Positions 21,146-31,752 of a stretch of 64,000 nucleotides of DNA are shown piece after piece. Below the pieces are notes generated by a model that did not search any database, was not told where the DNA came from, and saw only the letters and a program-made list of their open reading frames with translations. The translations under genes and the position numbers were made by a program. The stretch lies in the IMG/VR virus record IMGVR_UViG_3300037423_002564; one strand, given 5' to 3'. The stretch is from a virus. Within the stretch, counting starts at the first letter, position 1. Each line of letters starts with the position of its first letter.

Positions 21146-21212
21146 GCTCGCCGACCAGACAGGGAATAGTTAGAGTAAGATTGTGATGTACCTCTGAAAG
21201 GAGGCCCTCCCC

Positions 21213-21911
21213 ATGTCGAAGCTGATGACCGGTGCGCTCCTCGCTGCCACGCTGGCGGGCTGCACCTTCAACGTCGTGAACCCGAAGGTCTCCGGCCTGG
21301 TGGCCGAAAAGGGCATCAACGTGAGCGGCCAGGTCAACGCGGTCGCCAATGTGACCACGCAGACGGCCGCGCCGGCGACGGTGCTTTCGACGGCGGCGCC
21401 CGCGGTGGCGACGCTGGAGGTGCCAGCCCCCGCGTCCACCCCCGTCCTCGCGACGCCGGCGCCGGCGGTGCCGACCGTGGTGCCCACGCCCCGGCAGACG
21501 CCCGGCCCCGCCAAGCTGATCTTGGACGGGTTCGAGGCCCACGCCATCTCCGTCTACGGCGGCGACGGCAGCACCGACGCCAAGGTGTCCGTCTTCCAGC
21601 CCGGGGACCGGGTCGCCATCCGGCCCCTCCTGAAGAACGTGGGCGGCTACCCGGCCACCGCGCCCCAGGTGGTGCCGACGAGCGACGACGCGCGCGCGGA
21701 GGTCTCGCTCTGCTACGGTGGCGAGCAGGCCCCCCTGGCCTACTACGACATCCCTGTGGGCGCGACCCAGGGGCCCTGGCACGCCGGCGGCGGCTTCTGC
21801 CTGGACATCTCCAAGCAGTGGCCCCATGGCAAGCCCATCAGCATCACCCTGCGCGTGCAGGACGGCAACGCGAACACGTGGGGCCTGACGCTGGAGATTC
21901 CCGTGCTATGA
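21213..21911 (+). CDS. Lipoprotein with Pro/Ala/Thr-rich linker and beta-rich C-terminal domain
   Basis: Signal peptide ending in LAGC lipobox; AAAGGAGG SD; AT-rich upstream with TAAGAT. Confidence 0.8.
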   Translation: MSKLMTGALLAATLAGCTFNVVNPKVSGLVAEKGINVSGQVNAVANVTTQTAAPATVLSTAAPAVATLEVPAPASTPVLATPAPAVPTVVPTPRQTPGPAKLILDGFEAHAISVYGGDGSTDAKVSVFQPGDRVAIRPLLKNVGGYPATAPQVVPTSDDARAEVSLCYGGEQAPLAYYDIPVGATQGPWHAGGGFCLDISKQWPHGKPISITLRVQDGNANTWGLTLEIPVL

Positions 21912-22352
21912 CCCCAGAACTCCTGAAGTCGCGCGTGATGAACATCGTGCGCGAGGACTTCCGGCTCACCTTCGAGCTGAACCCCGAAATGCGGCCCCTC
22001 ATGCGCGGTCACACCGTCAGCATCGAGGGGCTGTCTGGTGAAGACATCCTGCCAGAGCTATCCCGCGCCCACATCGAGCTGGTGGTGCTGGACGGCGAGC
22101 GCTGGGAGCGCCGCGGCCAGGTCGACTCCGACGAGGCGGCCGTGCGCGTGGCCGGCTACGCCACCTACGCCATCAAGATCGGCTACGACGCCGGCCCCGA
22201 GGTCGGCGAGATAGGCGAGGGCTGGAAGGTGGTCCACGGCCTGGAGGGCATCGTGGCCCACCTCATCAAGGAAAACGACGAAGTGGCGGCGGAGCAAGAA
22301 CGGTTCCGCAGCAGCGAGTACTTTGGGGACCACCCCGACGAGGAGGAATAAC

Positions 22353-23510
22353 TTGAAAACGTGGCTTGATGAATACATCAAGTTCTCCGCCGAGACCTGG
22401 GACATGTTCATGGTGGCCTGCAAGAAGGCGATGGGCACCTACCTGAAGGTGGACTCGGTCTGGGAGAAGGCGTTCATGTGGAACCAGATGGCCTTCATGA
22501 CCGACGAGACGGTCGGCATGAAGAGCGACGGGTCGGCGGTGCTGCCGCGGGACGTCGAGATCTTCCGCCGGTTCTACGTGGACCTGCTCAACCGGCTCTC
22601 GCCGTGGAGCTACGTCACCTTCGAGAACCTCTCCAACAAAGCGATCTACTACTTCGGCCCCTTCGCCGCCCAGGGCCACAAGGAACCCCTGAACCTCCAG
22701 ATCGCCCCCGACCTGGCGGAGGACTTCCACGGCGCCCACGCGCCGGAGACGGAGATGTGGCGCGAGGTCTTCGACCGCCACTCCGTGGTGTACCTCGACT
22801 TCCCACCCGGCACCTACACCTGGGACGACCAGTACGAGGTGCGCGCGGTCTTCGCCACCAACGACATCATGAGCGAGCGCGACCTGCGCTTCGTCTGGAT
22901 GAAGCACGGCGAGCCGATGCTAAGTCCGCACTACCCCAAGCTCAACGTCATGGTGGTGCTGATGGAGAAGGGCAAGCTGTCCTTGGACAACGTGTTCCAG
23001 TTCGGCTTCGCGGAGAACGAACCCTGGAGCTTCTACGGCGGCCTGGAGCAGTGGAACGCCCGGGCGATCGCAGCCAAGGGCCAGGACCCGGTCGAAGCCT
23101 ACAGCGGCACGATGCAGCACGTCGTGGACCTCATCAAGCTCTCGATCCTCTACCAGCAGACCAAGGAGAGCCCCACCGTCTTCCTGCCCCAGGTCGACAT
23201 CCAGCAGGTCGAGGCCCTGCGAAACCCCAAGAAGCAGAAGACGCGCTTGCGCGAGAACAGCCTGTTCAAGGTGGCGCGCCTGTCGAGCCCCAAGGGCCGC
23301 TTCGGCCGCACCAACCAGGAGGCCAAGCCCCACGAGGGCTACCAACTGGGCCACCGCGTGGCGGTCCGCGGCCACTTCCGCATGCAGGCGCACGGCCCCG
23401 GCTGGAGCGAGCGCCGGCTGCGGTGGATCGATGCCTTCGAGAAAGGACCGAAGGATGGTCCTATCAAGCCCCCCAAGCAAACCCTCCATGTGCTCAAGAA
23501 GGAGCTATAA
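22353..23510 (+). CDS. Conserved phage protein with C-terminal VRGHxRxQxxGP...WI motif
   Basis: HRVAVRGHFRMQAHGPGWSERRLRWIDAFEKGP; GGAGG SD, TTG start. Confidence 0.7.
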   Translation: MKTWLDEYIKFSAETWDMFMVACKKAMGTYLKVDSVWEKAFMWNQMAFMTDETVGMKSDGSAVLPRDVEIFRRFYVDLLNRLSPWSYVTFENLSNKAIYYFGPFAAQGHKEPLNLQIAPDLAEDFHGAHAPETEMWREVFDRHSVVYLDFPPGTYTWDDQYEVRAVFATNDIMSERDLRFVWMKHGEPMLSPHYPKLNVMVVLMEKGKLSLDNVFQFGFAENEPWSFYGGLEQWNARAIAAKGQDPVEAYSGTMQHVVDLIKLSILYQQTKESPTVFLPQVDIQQVEALRNPKKQKTRLRENSLFKVARLSSPKGRFGRTNQEAKPHEGYQLGHRVAVRGHFRMQAHGPGWSERRLRWIDAFEKGPKDGPIKPPKQTLHVLKKEL

Positions 23511-24013
23511 CCCCGTGTCCACCACCATCCCCCTGCCCACCCTGGCCTGCGACAACCCCGTCACGCTCAAGAAGCGCGAGTCGGACATCATGAACGCCCT
23601 GGTGGACCACCTCAACGACCTCTTGGGCGACGCGAAGAAGCGCACCCACGTCTACCGCTTCTCCACCAGCGACCGCAAGGGCTTCGGCCTCTTCGTGGTC
23701 GACAGCAAGGGCGAGCTGAAGCGCATCGACCCACCCTTCAACCCCCGCGACCTGGACTACGACAGCATCCCCGAGAATGCCCACGACCGCAAGGCCGAGG
23801 TCCAGGCCCTGATGGACGACGACCGCGCCTACGCCGCGGCGTTGATGGGCTTCGACCAGCGCATCGGCGGCTGGCCCTGGCCCGAGAACACGATGTCCGG
23901 CGAGGGCCTCGAAGTCCTCAAGCACCTCTGCTTCCTGTGCGGCTGGGACGGGGAGGACACCAGCTCTATCGGCGTCGTCAGCTTCCCCGTCCACTAGAAG
24001 GAGATTCCCTCAA

Positions 24014-25345
24014 ATGCAGATTATCAGCCTCTCCGCGGAGAACGTGAAGCGCCTGGTCGCGGTCCACATCGAGCCCAAGGGCCCGGTGGTCCAGATCACC
24101 GGCAAGAACGCCAGCGGCAAGACCAGCGTCTTGGACTCCATCATGTGGGCTCTGGGCGGCAAGGAGACGATGGACGCCGACCCCATCCGCCACGGCGCGG
24201 CCAGCGCGCGCATCAAGCTCGACATGGGCGAGCTGGTCGTCACCCGCGTGATCACCGCCTCCGGCAGCGAGCTGCGCGTGGAAGCGGCCAACGGCACCCG
24301 CGTGTCGAGCCCCCAGAAGGTGCTGGACGGCCTCTTGGGCGCCCTGACCTTCGACCCCCTGGAGTTCACACGTCTGAAAGCGCGCCAGCAGTTCGACCGC
24401 CTGCGCGAGATCGTGCCCCTCGACATCGACCTGGACGCCATGGACGCGGCCAACAAGCGCGACGCGGAGGAGCGCACGGAGGTCAACCGCCACATCAAGA
24501 GCCTCAAGAGCCACCTGGAGGGCTTCCCCGAGTTTCCAGAGGACCTGCCGGCGGAGAAGGTGTCGGCGGCCTCCATCTCGGAGGAGATCCGCAAGGCGCA
24601 CGAGCACAACCAGGAGGTGGCGAGGCTCGAAGACATGCACGCGCGCCGCGATCGCAAGATGGCGGACCTGAAGGACGAGATCGCCAAGCTCGAAGCCAAG
24701 CTGGCCGAGGCCAAGGCGGAGCTGGCGAAGGTCGAAGCCTACAGCCTCGACGACATCCCCTTCAAGATCGACGTGCAGCCGCTCGTGGAGCGGATGAACA
24801 ACATCGAGAAGGTGAACGGCCTCATCGCCAAGCGCTCCGAGGCGCAGCTCATGGCCGAGAGCCTGGCCCAGTTCGAGCAGCAGTACGCGGAGCTGGGCCG
24901 CGCCATCGCCAGTCGCGAGGAGGAGAAGAAGGAGGCCATGGCGAAGGCCAAGATGCCGGTGCCCGGCCTGGGCTTCGGCGACGGCGTCGTCACCTTCAAC
25001 GACGTCCCGCTGGAGCAGTCCAGCACGGCGGAGCAGCTCCGGGTCTCGGTGGCGATCGCCATGGCGGCCAACCCCAAGCTCCGGGTGCTGCGCATCATGG
25101 AGGGCTCGCTCCTCGACGAGGACTCGCTCGCCATGATCGCCCAGATGGCCGCGGCGCAGGACTACCAGGTCTGGGTCGAGCAGGTGGACAGCACGGGCAA
25201 GGTCGGGGTCGTCATCAGCGAGGGCAAGGTGGTCGCCGACCACCAGGGCGTGGTCCCTACAAGCGACCAAGCGACCGAAGTTCGCACCGTTGGTGCGGCT
25301 GCGCCGGACAAGGAACCCGCGGTCGGCGGCGAGATCCCGTTCTAG
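24014..25345 (+). CDS. SMC/Rad50-like (AAA_23) coiled-coil ATPase
   Basis: ENVKRL, Walker A GKNASGKTS, long coiled coil, signature-like QSSTAEQL, Walker B-like VLRIMEGSLLD. Confidence 0.85.
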   Translation: MQIISLSAENVKRLVAVHIEPKGPVVQITGKNASGKTSVLDSIMWALGGKETMDADPIRHGAASARIKLDMGELVVTRVITASGSELRVEAANGTRVSSPQKVLDGLLGALTFDPLEFTRLKARQQFDRLREIVPLDIDLDAMDAANKRDAEERTEVNRHIKSLKSHLEGFPEFPEDLPAEKVSAASISEEIRKAHEHNQEVARLEDMHARRDRKMADLKDEIAKLEAKLAEAKAELAKVEAYSLDDIPFKIDVQPLVERMNNIEKVNGLIAKRSEAQLMAESLAQFEQQYAELGRAIASREEEKKEAMAKAKMPVPGLGFGDGVVTFNDVPLEQSSTAEQLRVSVAIAMAANPKLRVLRIMEGSLLDEDSLAMIAQMAAAQDYQVWVEQVDSTGKVGVVISEGKVVADHQGVVPTSDQATEVRTVGAAAPDKEPAVGGEIPF

Positions 25346-28300
25346 GGTCCCGCCATGCACGAGCCCTACCAGCCCAAGCGCGGGGGCCTCGTCGACTTCA
25401 TGAACCGCGACGCCGCCAAGACGGACCTCGACCGTCTGGTCGACCGTCTGGCGGTGGCGACGTGGTGCCAGAAGGGCGGCGACGCGCACAACATCACCGT
25501 CTCGGAGTGGCGTCGCGACGGGGACTGGGTCCACGCCGCGATGTACCGCATCAGCCTACACGAGGGCGACGACGAGGGCGTGCTGCGCTTCCCGGCGGAG
25601 CTGCTCGATGCCCGCCGCGACAACCGCAAGCCCCGGGTGCCGGCGGCCGTCGCCCTGGCCTGGGCCCAGGACATCAACCCCGGCAACCCCTTCGTCCAGA
25701 GCTGCGCCCAGCATCTGGCGCGCAGGGGCTTCCTTTCCCCGGGCCAGATCACGGCCCTTTGCCAGGTCGACTACCGGCGTGGCATCATCCCCCGCCGCCG
25801 CCGGCGGCGCCAATAGAAGGAGCACCATCCCCATGGGACAACCCGACGACAAGCTGATCGAGGAAGCACACGGCTGGAACCCCAACCGCCCCGGCATCAA
25901 GGAGGTGCTGGCCGCGGGCAAGAAGGGCCCGAAGCTCGTGGAGACCCAAGGCGCCAACCAGTTCGTGCAGGGCTGGTTCGTGCGCGTCGACGGCGGCTGG
26001 GCCGGCCCCTACACCGACCCGCAGGAGGCCAAGGAGCACTTCGGGGTCGAGGCCAACGCGGTCTACTTGCGCGAGCTGGCCCACAGCCGCATCTACGCGT
26101 CGATGGGCCGGCTCTTGGACCCCATCCGCGGCTGGGCCAAGCCGTCCCTGGCCGACCTCCAGAAGGAGCCGGCGCTCTTCGACCTCATTAAGACCTTCCC
26201 GGTCAAGGTGGCCTTCGGCATGGCCGTCGAGGAGCTGGCCCGCGAGGTCGAGACCGACGACTGGGGCGTGCCGGACCAGCGCGAGAACGAGGCCATTCGC
26301 AGCCGCGAGCAGCTCGCCTGCGCCCTGCATGCGGCCGACTTCTTCGACCAGCGCATCAAGGCGCGCGCGCTGGAGGCGAACGACGAGCGCTTCATCCGCC
26401 GGAGCGGCAGCCTGCACCAGGCCCACACGGTCTACGACTACCAGAAGCGCGCCGAGGCGCGTCGCATCAAGGTGGTCGATCTGAAGGACACGCCGGTCAC
26501 GGCCCTGGAGCTGTACCTGCGCATGGTCTGCTCCAACGTGGTGCTCGCCTTGATTCTAGAGGCCGACCTGCCGGCGGAAGGCACGGCGTGACCATCGTCG
26601 AGATCATCGCGGCCTACGAGCACATGATGGCCGCCTTCCGCGACGGCGCGCGCAGCGTCGAGTTCCAAGAGCGCACCATCACCCGCACGAGCCCGCCCCA
26701 GGAGGACTGGAACGAGGTGCTGTTCACCGTCGACGACGGGCGGCGCTTCGCCGGGCTCCCCGCCACCATGGACTACATCCTGCACGGCCGCAAGTAGGCC
26801 GGGCATCCCGATAGAAAGAGGTTTTACCGTGTCCCTGACCGTCATCATCACCCATCCGCAGGGGGTCTACCGCGGACCCGTCACCAGCCGCCAGAACATG
26901 GGCACCGACCAGGCGCCCAACTGGTACGTGGAGTTCACCCACGATTCCAAGAGCGCCGGCCGCACCGGCGACCCCGGCTACTGGAAGCAGGCGCTGGACG
27001 GCGGCACCTGCACCTTCGAGGAGGTGCCCCTGGTCCGTGACGGGGAGGGCAACCTCACCAACTACGGCCTGCGCCAGGCCATCCTCGCGTCCGCGGAGCG
27101 CCAGGGCTACGGCACCGACAGCTTCCGCTACGACCTCTCGACCGCGCTGATCGAGGAGAACCGCAAGCGCAACCTGGAGGCGATCGGCCAGGTGCTCGAC
27201 GACATCGGCCTCCACCAGTGGAAGCCCATCTTCATCATGAGCCCGACGGGCGTGGTGGAGCTGTGGGCGATGCTGGACAACACCACGGACAGCACCCTGA
27301 CGCAGCGCACCTTCGAGGTGGTGTCGCTCGTCAACATCTTCAGCGTGCCGCGCGCGAAGAACGAGTACGAGTCCGGCGCCGGCGAGGCGATCATGCGCAA
27401 GTTCGTCGAGCAGTGCTTCACGCTGGCGGCCATCAGCTACGAAGACCTGCTGCCGGGCGAAGACCGCGTGGCGAGCTAAGAAAAGGACGGTACATTATGA
27501 GGGCAACTCTGAAATTCGCCCCGGGCTACGAAAGCTCCAAGGGGTACGAGTGGGCGTCGTCGGCGCTCTTCCAGGCGCTGGAGCGCTGGCGCTGCCTGCC
27601 GACGCACGTCATCCTGCTGCACAAGGACCACCCGGACTTCGGGCGCTTCAACTTCGTGTTGTTCCCCGACGCCACCTACGGGCTCTGCCCCAGCGGCTAC
27701 AGCAGCTCCAACATGGTCAGCGCCGTGGCCTTGGCGTACAACCTGCCCTTCATCTCGCAGGCGCTGCACCGCTACCCGGCGGAGGACCGGGCGTCGCAAC
27801 TGCGCGAGCAGCTCTGCCTGACGGCGGCCCGGGATGCGGATACGCTCAAGCTCTGCCTGCATGTGGTGCTGGAGGGCAGCGAGTACCAGGAGCTTTCGCT
27901 CGCCCAGGCGGCCGACGAGCTTCGTCAGCGCGACGTCTCCCGCCAGGCCCATGCAGTGGCGAGGGGTATCCGCGAGGCGACCCCTGGGGATGAGCTTCCC
28001 ACGTGACCACCCAGTTCGTCAAGCTTCCAGACCCGCGGGTGGACGCATGCGGGCGCTGCAAGCAGTATAACGTCTACAACATGTGCCTCTTCGGGCAGGA
28101 GGCGCCGTCCGACGGCACCTTCCCGCCTGGAGCGCCGCACTGTGTGGCCGCTTTCCCCTCCAGCCAGTGCGATCTGTACAAGGCGCTGGATCGGTAAAGG
28201 ATCACAGACGGCGATCCTGTTAAGCAAAACTTAACATGCAAGGCATGGTTGGCTTCGGATGGTGTTCTGTCGGATCATGTCGAACAAACGATCCAGCCGG

Positions 28301-28416
28301 CCCGAAAAGGTCTATATTGCCGAGCCGGGGAGGAGGTGCCTAGAATGGATCCGTTGGTCATACCAACCTGCGGCATGGCCATGACCTTTTAGGAGCCAAA
28401 ACCCTGGTGTAGACCC

Positions 28417-28456
28417 AAAAAAGAGAACTGCGAGGGCCCGTCAGCCCCCGCAGTTC
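28417..28456 (-). terminator. Intrinsic terminator (minus strand)
   Basis: GAACTGCG/CGCAGTTC plus GGGC/GCCC stem; the one mismatch is a G-U pair only on the minus strand; U6 tail. Confidence 0.75.
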
Positions 28457-28476
28457 GCGTCCAATGAAAGATTGCG
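28417..28476 (-). ncRNA. Candidate ~60-nt antisense (counter-transcribed) RNA in the leader of the replication initiator
   Basis: Minus-strand TTGACG(28511-28506)-17nt-TACAAT(28488-28483); stem 28425-28456 followed by U-tract 28422-28417. Confidence 0.65.
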
Positions 28477-28532
28477 AAGATGATTGTACCCTGCCTGGCC
28501 GGGTGCGTCAACCCTGTTTGGGGGTGGACGCG

Positions 28533-29681
28533 ATGACGCCCGATCGTGCTGAAAACTACCGCCCCGCCCAGACGGAGGGGACCGTTGTCGACCTCCCCGT
28601 GCGGCGCAAGGTGCCGTTCGAGAACTGGAAGGCGATCGACATGGAGATCCTGAAGGCGCTCTCCAACCCCACCTACGGCTTTTCGGGCCTTGAATACCTG
28701 GTCCTCATGAACCTGGTGCTGCACGCGCCTTACGAGGACCCTGCCAACCTGTCGATCGGCGACCTCGCGAAGCTCGCCGGCGATCAGGATCGCTCGAACA
28801 TGTCCAAGCTCCTCAAGAAGCTGGAGGCCCAGAACGTGATCGGCCGGACGCCGTCCGAGTCGCGCATCTGGATCAACCCGCGGACCCGCATGTGGATCAC
28901 CAAGGACGCCATGAAGGAGGCCGCGAAGGCCACCAAGGGTGTGGTGCCCCAGCACCCCACCCCGACTGTGGTGCCCGAACACCACACCGGGGTGTGCGAG
29001 TACCACGGGGTGGGGTGTCCCAACACCACGGAAGTGGGGTGCTCCAGCACCACAGGGGTGGGGTGCCACAACACCACACCGGGGGACGCCAAATCCAGTG
29101 AGGGCGCGGAACCCGCGTCCCCCCTAGATCATGGGTTAGATTTACTAGAAACCCATGGAGAAAATATTTTTTCTTCTGGGGGCCAACGGGCCAAGGAGGA
29201 GGAGTACGCCGAGAACCGGCGGGCGCTCCTGGAGCAGTGCGGCAAGCGCATGGCGGAGCTGGGCTTCAAGCTCCCCGAGAAGCAGTTGATGCTGGGCGCT
29301 CCCATCTGGCACCAGCTCCGGCTGGTGATCGAGCGGACCTGCCTCAAGAAGGCGATCGACCAGGACAACGGGTTCGTGCGGAACGAAGTCGACTACTTGA
29401 AGGAGTTCCTGCTGCCGGCCATCGAGCACCTGCCGGTGGAGTACCGCGGCACCTACAGCGCGTGGACCAAGCAGTTCAACTTCAAGCTGGCGGAGTGCCG
29501 CAAGCTGGGGGCGTACATGAACCTGTGGGAGGACGAAAAGAAGGCCCGTAGCGGCTCTTCGGGAACCTACGGAAAGGTCTCATCGGGATTCGACGCCCCG
29601 GACTTCGTGCCGGGCGTGGTCTCGGCGGACGAAAAGCGCCGGATCGCCGAGGCGGCCCGGGCGCGGCGGAAGGCGCAGTAG
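28533..29681 (+). CDS. Putative replication initiator (N-terminal winged HTH, central iteron-encoded repeats)
   Basis: LSIGDLAKLAGDQDRSNMSKLLKKLEAQNVI HTH; lies directly upstream of a DnaC-like loader, as in lambdoid O-P modules. Confidence 0.7.
   Translation: MTPDRAENYRPAQTEGTVVDLPVRRKVPFENWKAIDMEILKALSNPTYGFSGLEYLVLMNLVLHAPYEDPANLSIGDLAKLAGDQDRSNMSKLLKKLEAQNVIGRTPSESRIWINPRTRMWITKDAMKEAAKATKGVVPQHPTPTVVPEHHTGVCEYHGVGCPNTTEVGCSSTTGVGCHNTTPGDAKSSEGAEPASPLDHGLDLLETHGENIFSSGGQRAKEEEYAENRRALLEQCGKRMAELGFKLPEKQLMLGAPIWHQLRLVIERTCLKKAIDQDNGFVRNEVDYLKEFLLPAIEHLPVEYRGTYSAWTKQFNFKLAECRKLGAYMNLWEDEKKARSGSSGTYGKVSSGFDAPDFVPGVVSADEKRRIAEAARARRKAQ
28941..29077. repeat. Six quasi-palindromic 18-bp iterons G[GT]GGTG-N6-[CT]ACC[AC]C (putative replication origin)
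   Basis: Copies start at 28941, 28968, 28989, 29012, 29036, 29060; AT-rich tract at about 29125-29177. Confidence 0.8.
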
Positions 29682-29685
29682 ACTG

Positions 29686-30741
29686 ATGTTGCAGCCCATG
29701 CCCAACCCCCAGAGGGTGACACCGATGGAGCCCAACGACTACCCCAGCCCGGAGGGCGAGCGCAGCGCCGCCTGGATTCCGGTCAACCCCCTCACCTCGC
29801 CGCCGCCGCCGGACTGGAAGCCCGAGGCGCCCTTCCGCGGCAAGGGCGGCACCCCCGCCAAGAACGCCCAGGGCCAGCCGGCCGGCATGACCCGATTGGG
29901 CGGCCATCTGGGGGGCATCGAGGAGCGCATCCGCAAGCTCTCGCAGCGCTCCGACTCCAAGAGCCGCATCCTGACCCGGTCCCAGGAGATGATGGATGCC
30001 TGCACCAAGGGCGCGGAGCCCTGCGTGACGGTCCAGCCGGACGGCCAGGCGCTCGCCACGGGCTTCGTCGAGGTTCCCGGTGCCGACGGCAAGCCGATCG
30101 TCGGGGCCCGCTTCCAGTGCAACAAGAAGACCATCTTCTGCAAGCACGGCGCCGCGGAATACGTGATCGCCTGCAAGCAGTATCTGCTCGCCATGCGCTT
30201 CCAGGGCAAGCTGGCGGAGGCGTGCTTCTTGCGGGAGCGGGAGCACCCGTCAATGGTCGAGGGCGGCAACCCCTTCATCCGCGACCAGTTGAGCAAGGAG
30301 GTCTACGCCTGGGCCGTGGAGGGCGGCTGGAAGAAGAACCCGCTGCTGATCCTGCACGGCAAGACCGGCCCCGGCAAGACGCACTGCGCCCTCGCGGCCA
30401 TGGCTCACCTCAAGGTGCAGCACCAACTCGAAGGCAAGGTCTTCAACGCCGTGCGGCTCTTCCGCGGCAACGGCACCCGCGACGCCATGCTGGACGAGGC
30501 GATGGGCGCCCAGGTCCTGATCCTCGACGACATGGGCCAGGAGGTGAACAGCGACGTCAACCGGTCCAACCTGTACATGGTCATCGACAGCCGCATCGCG
30601 AGCTACATGCCGACCATCATCACGACGAACCTGATGATCGACGAGATCGTCCAGCACTACGACGAGCAGCGCATCGACGACCGGTTGCTGACCTTCCACT
30701 CGGTGACGACCAACCTGCCCTCGAAGCGACTGTCGACGTGA
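29686..30741 (+). CDS. DnaC/IstB-like AAA+ helicase loader
   Basis: Walker A HGKTGPGKT, Walker B LILDDMG, IDSR...PTIITTN, RIDDRL. Confidence 0.85.
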   Translation: MLQPMPNPQRVTPMEPNDYPSPEGERSAAWIPVNPLTSPPPPDWKPEAPFRGKGGTPAKNAQGQPAGMTRLGGHLGGIEERIRKLSQRSDSKSRILTRSQEMMDACTKGAEPCVTVQPDGQALATGFVEVPGADGKPIVGARFQCNKKTIFCKHGAAEYVIACKQYLLAMRFQGKLAEACFLREREHPSMVEGGNPFIRDQLSKEVYAWAVEGGWKKNPLLILHGKTGPGKTHCALAAMAHLKVQHQLEGKVFNAVRLFRGNGTRDAMLDEAMGAQVLILDDMGQEVNSDVNRSNLYMVIDSRIASYMPTIITTNLMIDEIVQHYDEQRIDDRLLTFHSVTTNLPSKRLST

Positions 30742-30857
30742 AGGCATCCCTCGCTGCTTATCATGTCCTCGGGGCGCTCCTGATCACCGTGATGCTCGGG
30801 TGCTCGATCAGGTACTACCGAAGGACGGTCATGCCCATCAACCAGCGAGGGAAGCGG

Positions 30858-31424
30858 ATGTCGAACGTCGTGGTGTACACCGGTCCCATGTTCAGCCGCA
30901 AGACCACGCGGCTGGTCGAGCGCATCGCGGAGGTCAACAGCCCCAACGGGCTCGTGTTCAAGCACGCCTCCGACGAGAAGCGCCTCAAGGGCTGGTTGAG
31001 CAGCCACGACCCGAAGGTCACGGGCCGCATCGAGGCGATGCCGATCCAGAGCCTCTACCAGGTGCTGGAGTATGTGGAGCCCAAGACCACACACGTCTTC
31101 ATCGACGAGGTGCAGTGGTTCAAGCCCGACGAGGCGCGCAAGTTCTTGGAGAGCATGGACAAGAACTACCCCGCGGTGCAGGTCGTGGTGGCCGGGCTCA
31201 ACTTGGACTACCGCGGCCAGCCCTTCGAGGCCACCGTGGCCTTCATCAAGGCGGCCAGCGAGGTGGTCGCCTGCACCGGCGCCTGCGGGTGCGGCCAGAC
31301 GGCCACCATGAGCTACTTCAAGCTGCACGCTTCCTGCCTACCAGGCGTGGGCGGCATGGAGAGCTACGAGCCGCGCTGCGAGCACTGCCACGCCGCGGGC
31401 ATGGCGGGCGGAGTGGGTTCGTGA
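30858..31424 (+). CDS. tdk: Thymidine kinase (possible N-terminal extension from GTG 30738)
   Basis: YTGPMFSRKTT, VFIDEVQWF, VAGLNLDYRGQPF, VGGMESYEPRCEHC. Confidence 0.9.
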   Translation: MSNVVVYTGPMFSRKTTRLVERIAEVNSPNGLVFKHASDEKRLKGWLSSHDPKVTGRIEAMPIQSLYQVLEYVEPKTTHVFIDEVQWFKPDEARKFLESMDKNYPAVQVVVAGLNLDYRGQPFEATVAFIKAASEVVACTGACGCGQTATMSYFKLHASCLPGVGGMESYEPRCEHCHAAGMAGGVGS

Positions 31425-31425
31425 G

Positions 31426-31752
31426 ATGGCGGCCGATTACGACGAGCTGCTCGTCGAGAACGAGCGCCTGAAGAGCCAGCGGGACATCCTGATCCGCAAC
31501 AGCAGCGACACCCACGACATGCTCCGCGAGGCGCAGGTCCGGCTCAAGCAGCTCGAAGCGGAGAACGGGCGTCTGGCCCAGTCGCTGGTGAACCACGTCA
31601 CCAACGGCACGCTGAAGAACGACGCCATTCGCGAATTGCGGATGGAGCTGGCGGAGGCGCGCAACGACGCCCTGGACACGTCCTTCTGGCGCGATCGCGT
31701 CAACACGTTCAACGCCCTGCCCTGGTGGCGGCGGCTCTGGAGGAAAGCATGA
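31426..31752 (+). CDS. Coiled-coil protein ending in PWWRRLW
   Basis: Heptad pattern; aromatic/basic C-terminus. Confidence 0.65.
   Translation: MAADYDELLVENERLKSQRDILIRNSSDTHDMLREAQVRLKQLEAENGRLAQSLVNHVTNGTLKNDAIRELRMELAEARNDALDTSFWRDRVNTFNALPWWRRLWRKA

Noticed and set aside
28941-29077. Repeat array as CRISPR
   Set aside because: Units are 18 bp with only 3-9 bp between them, lie inside a CDS and have no cas genes nearby. Iterons fit better.
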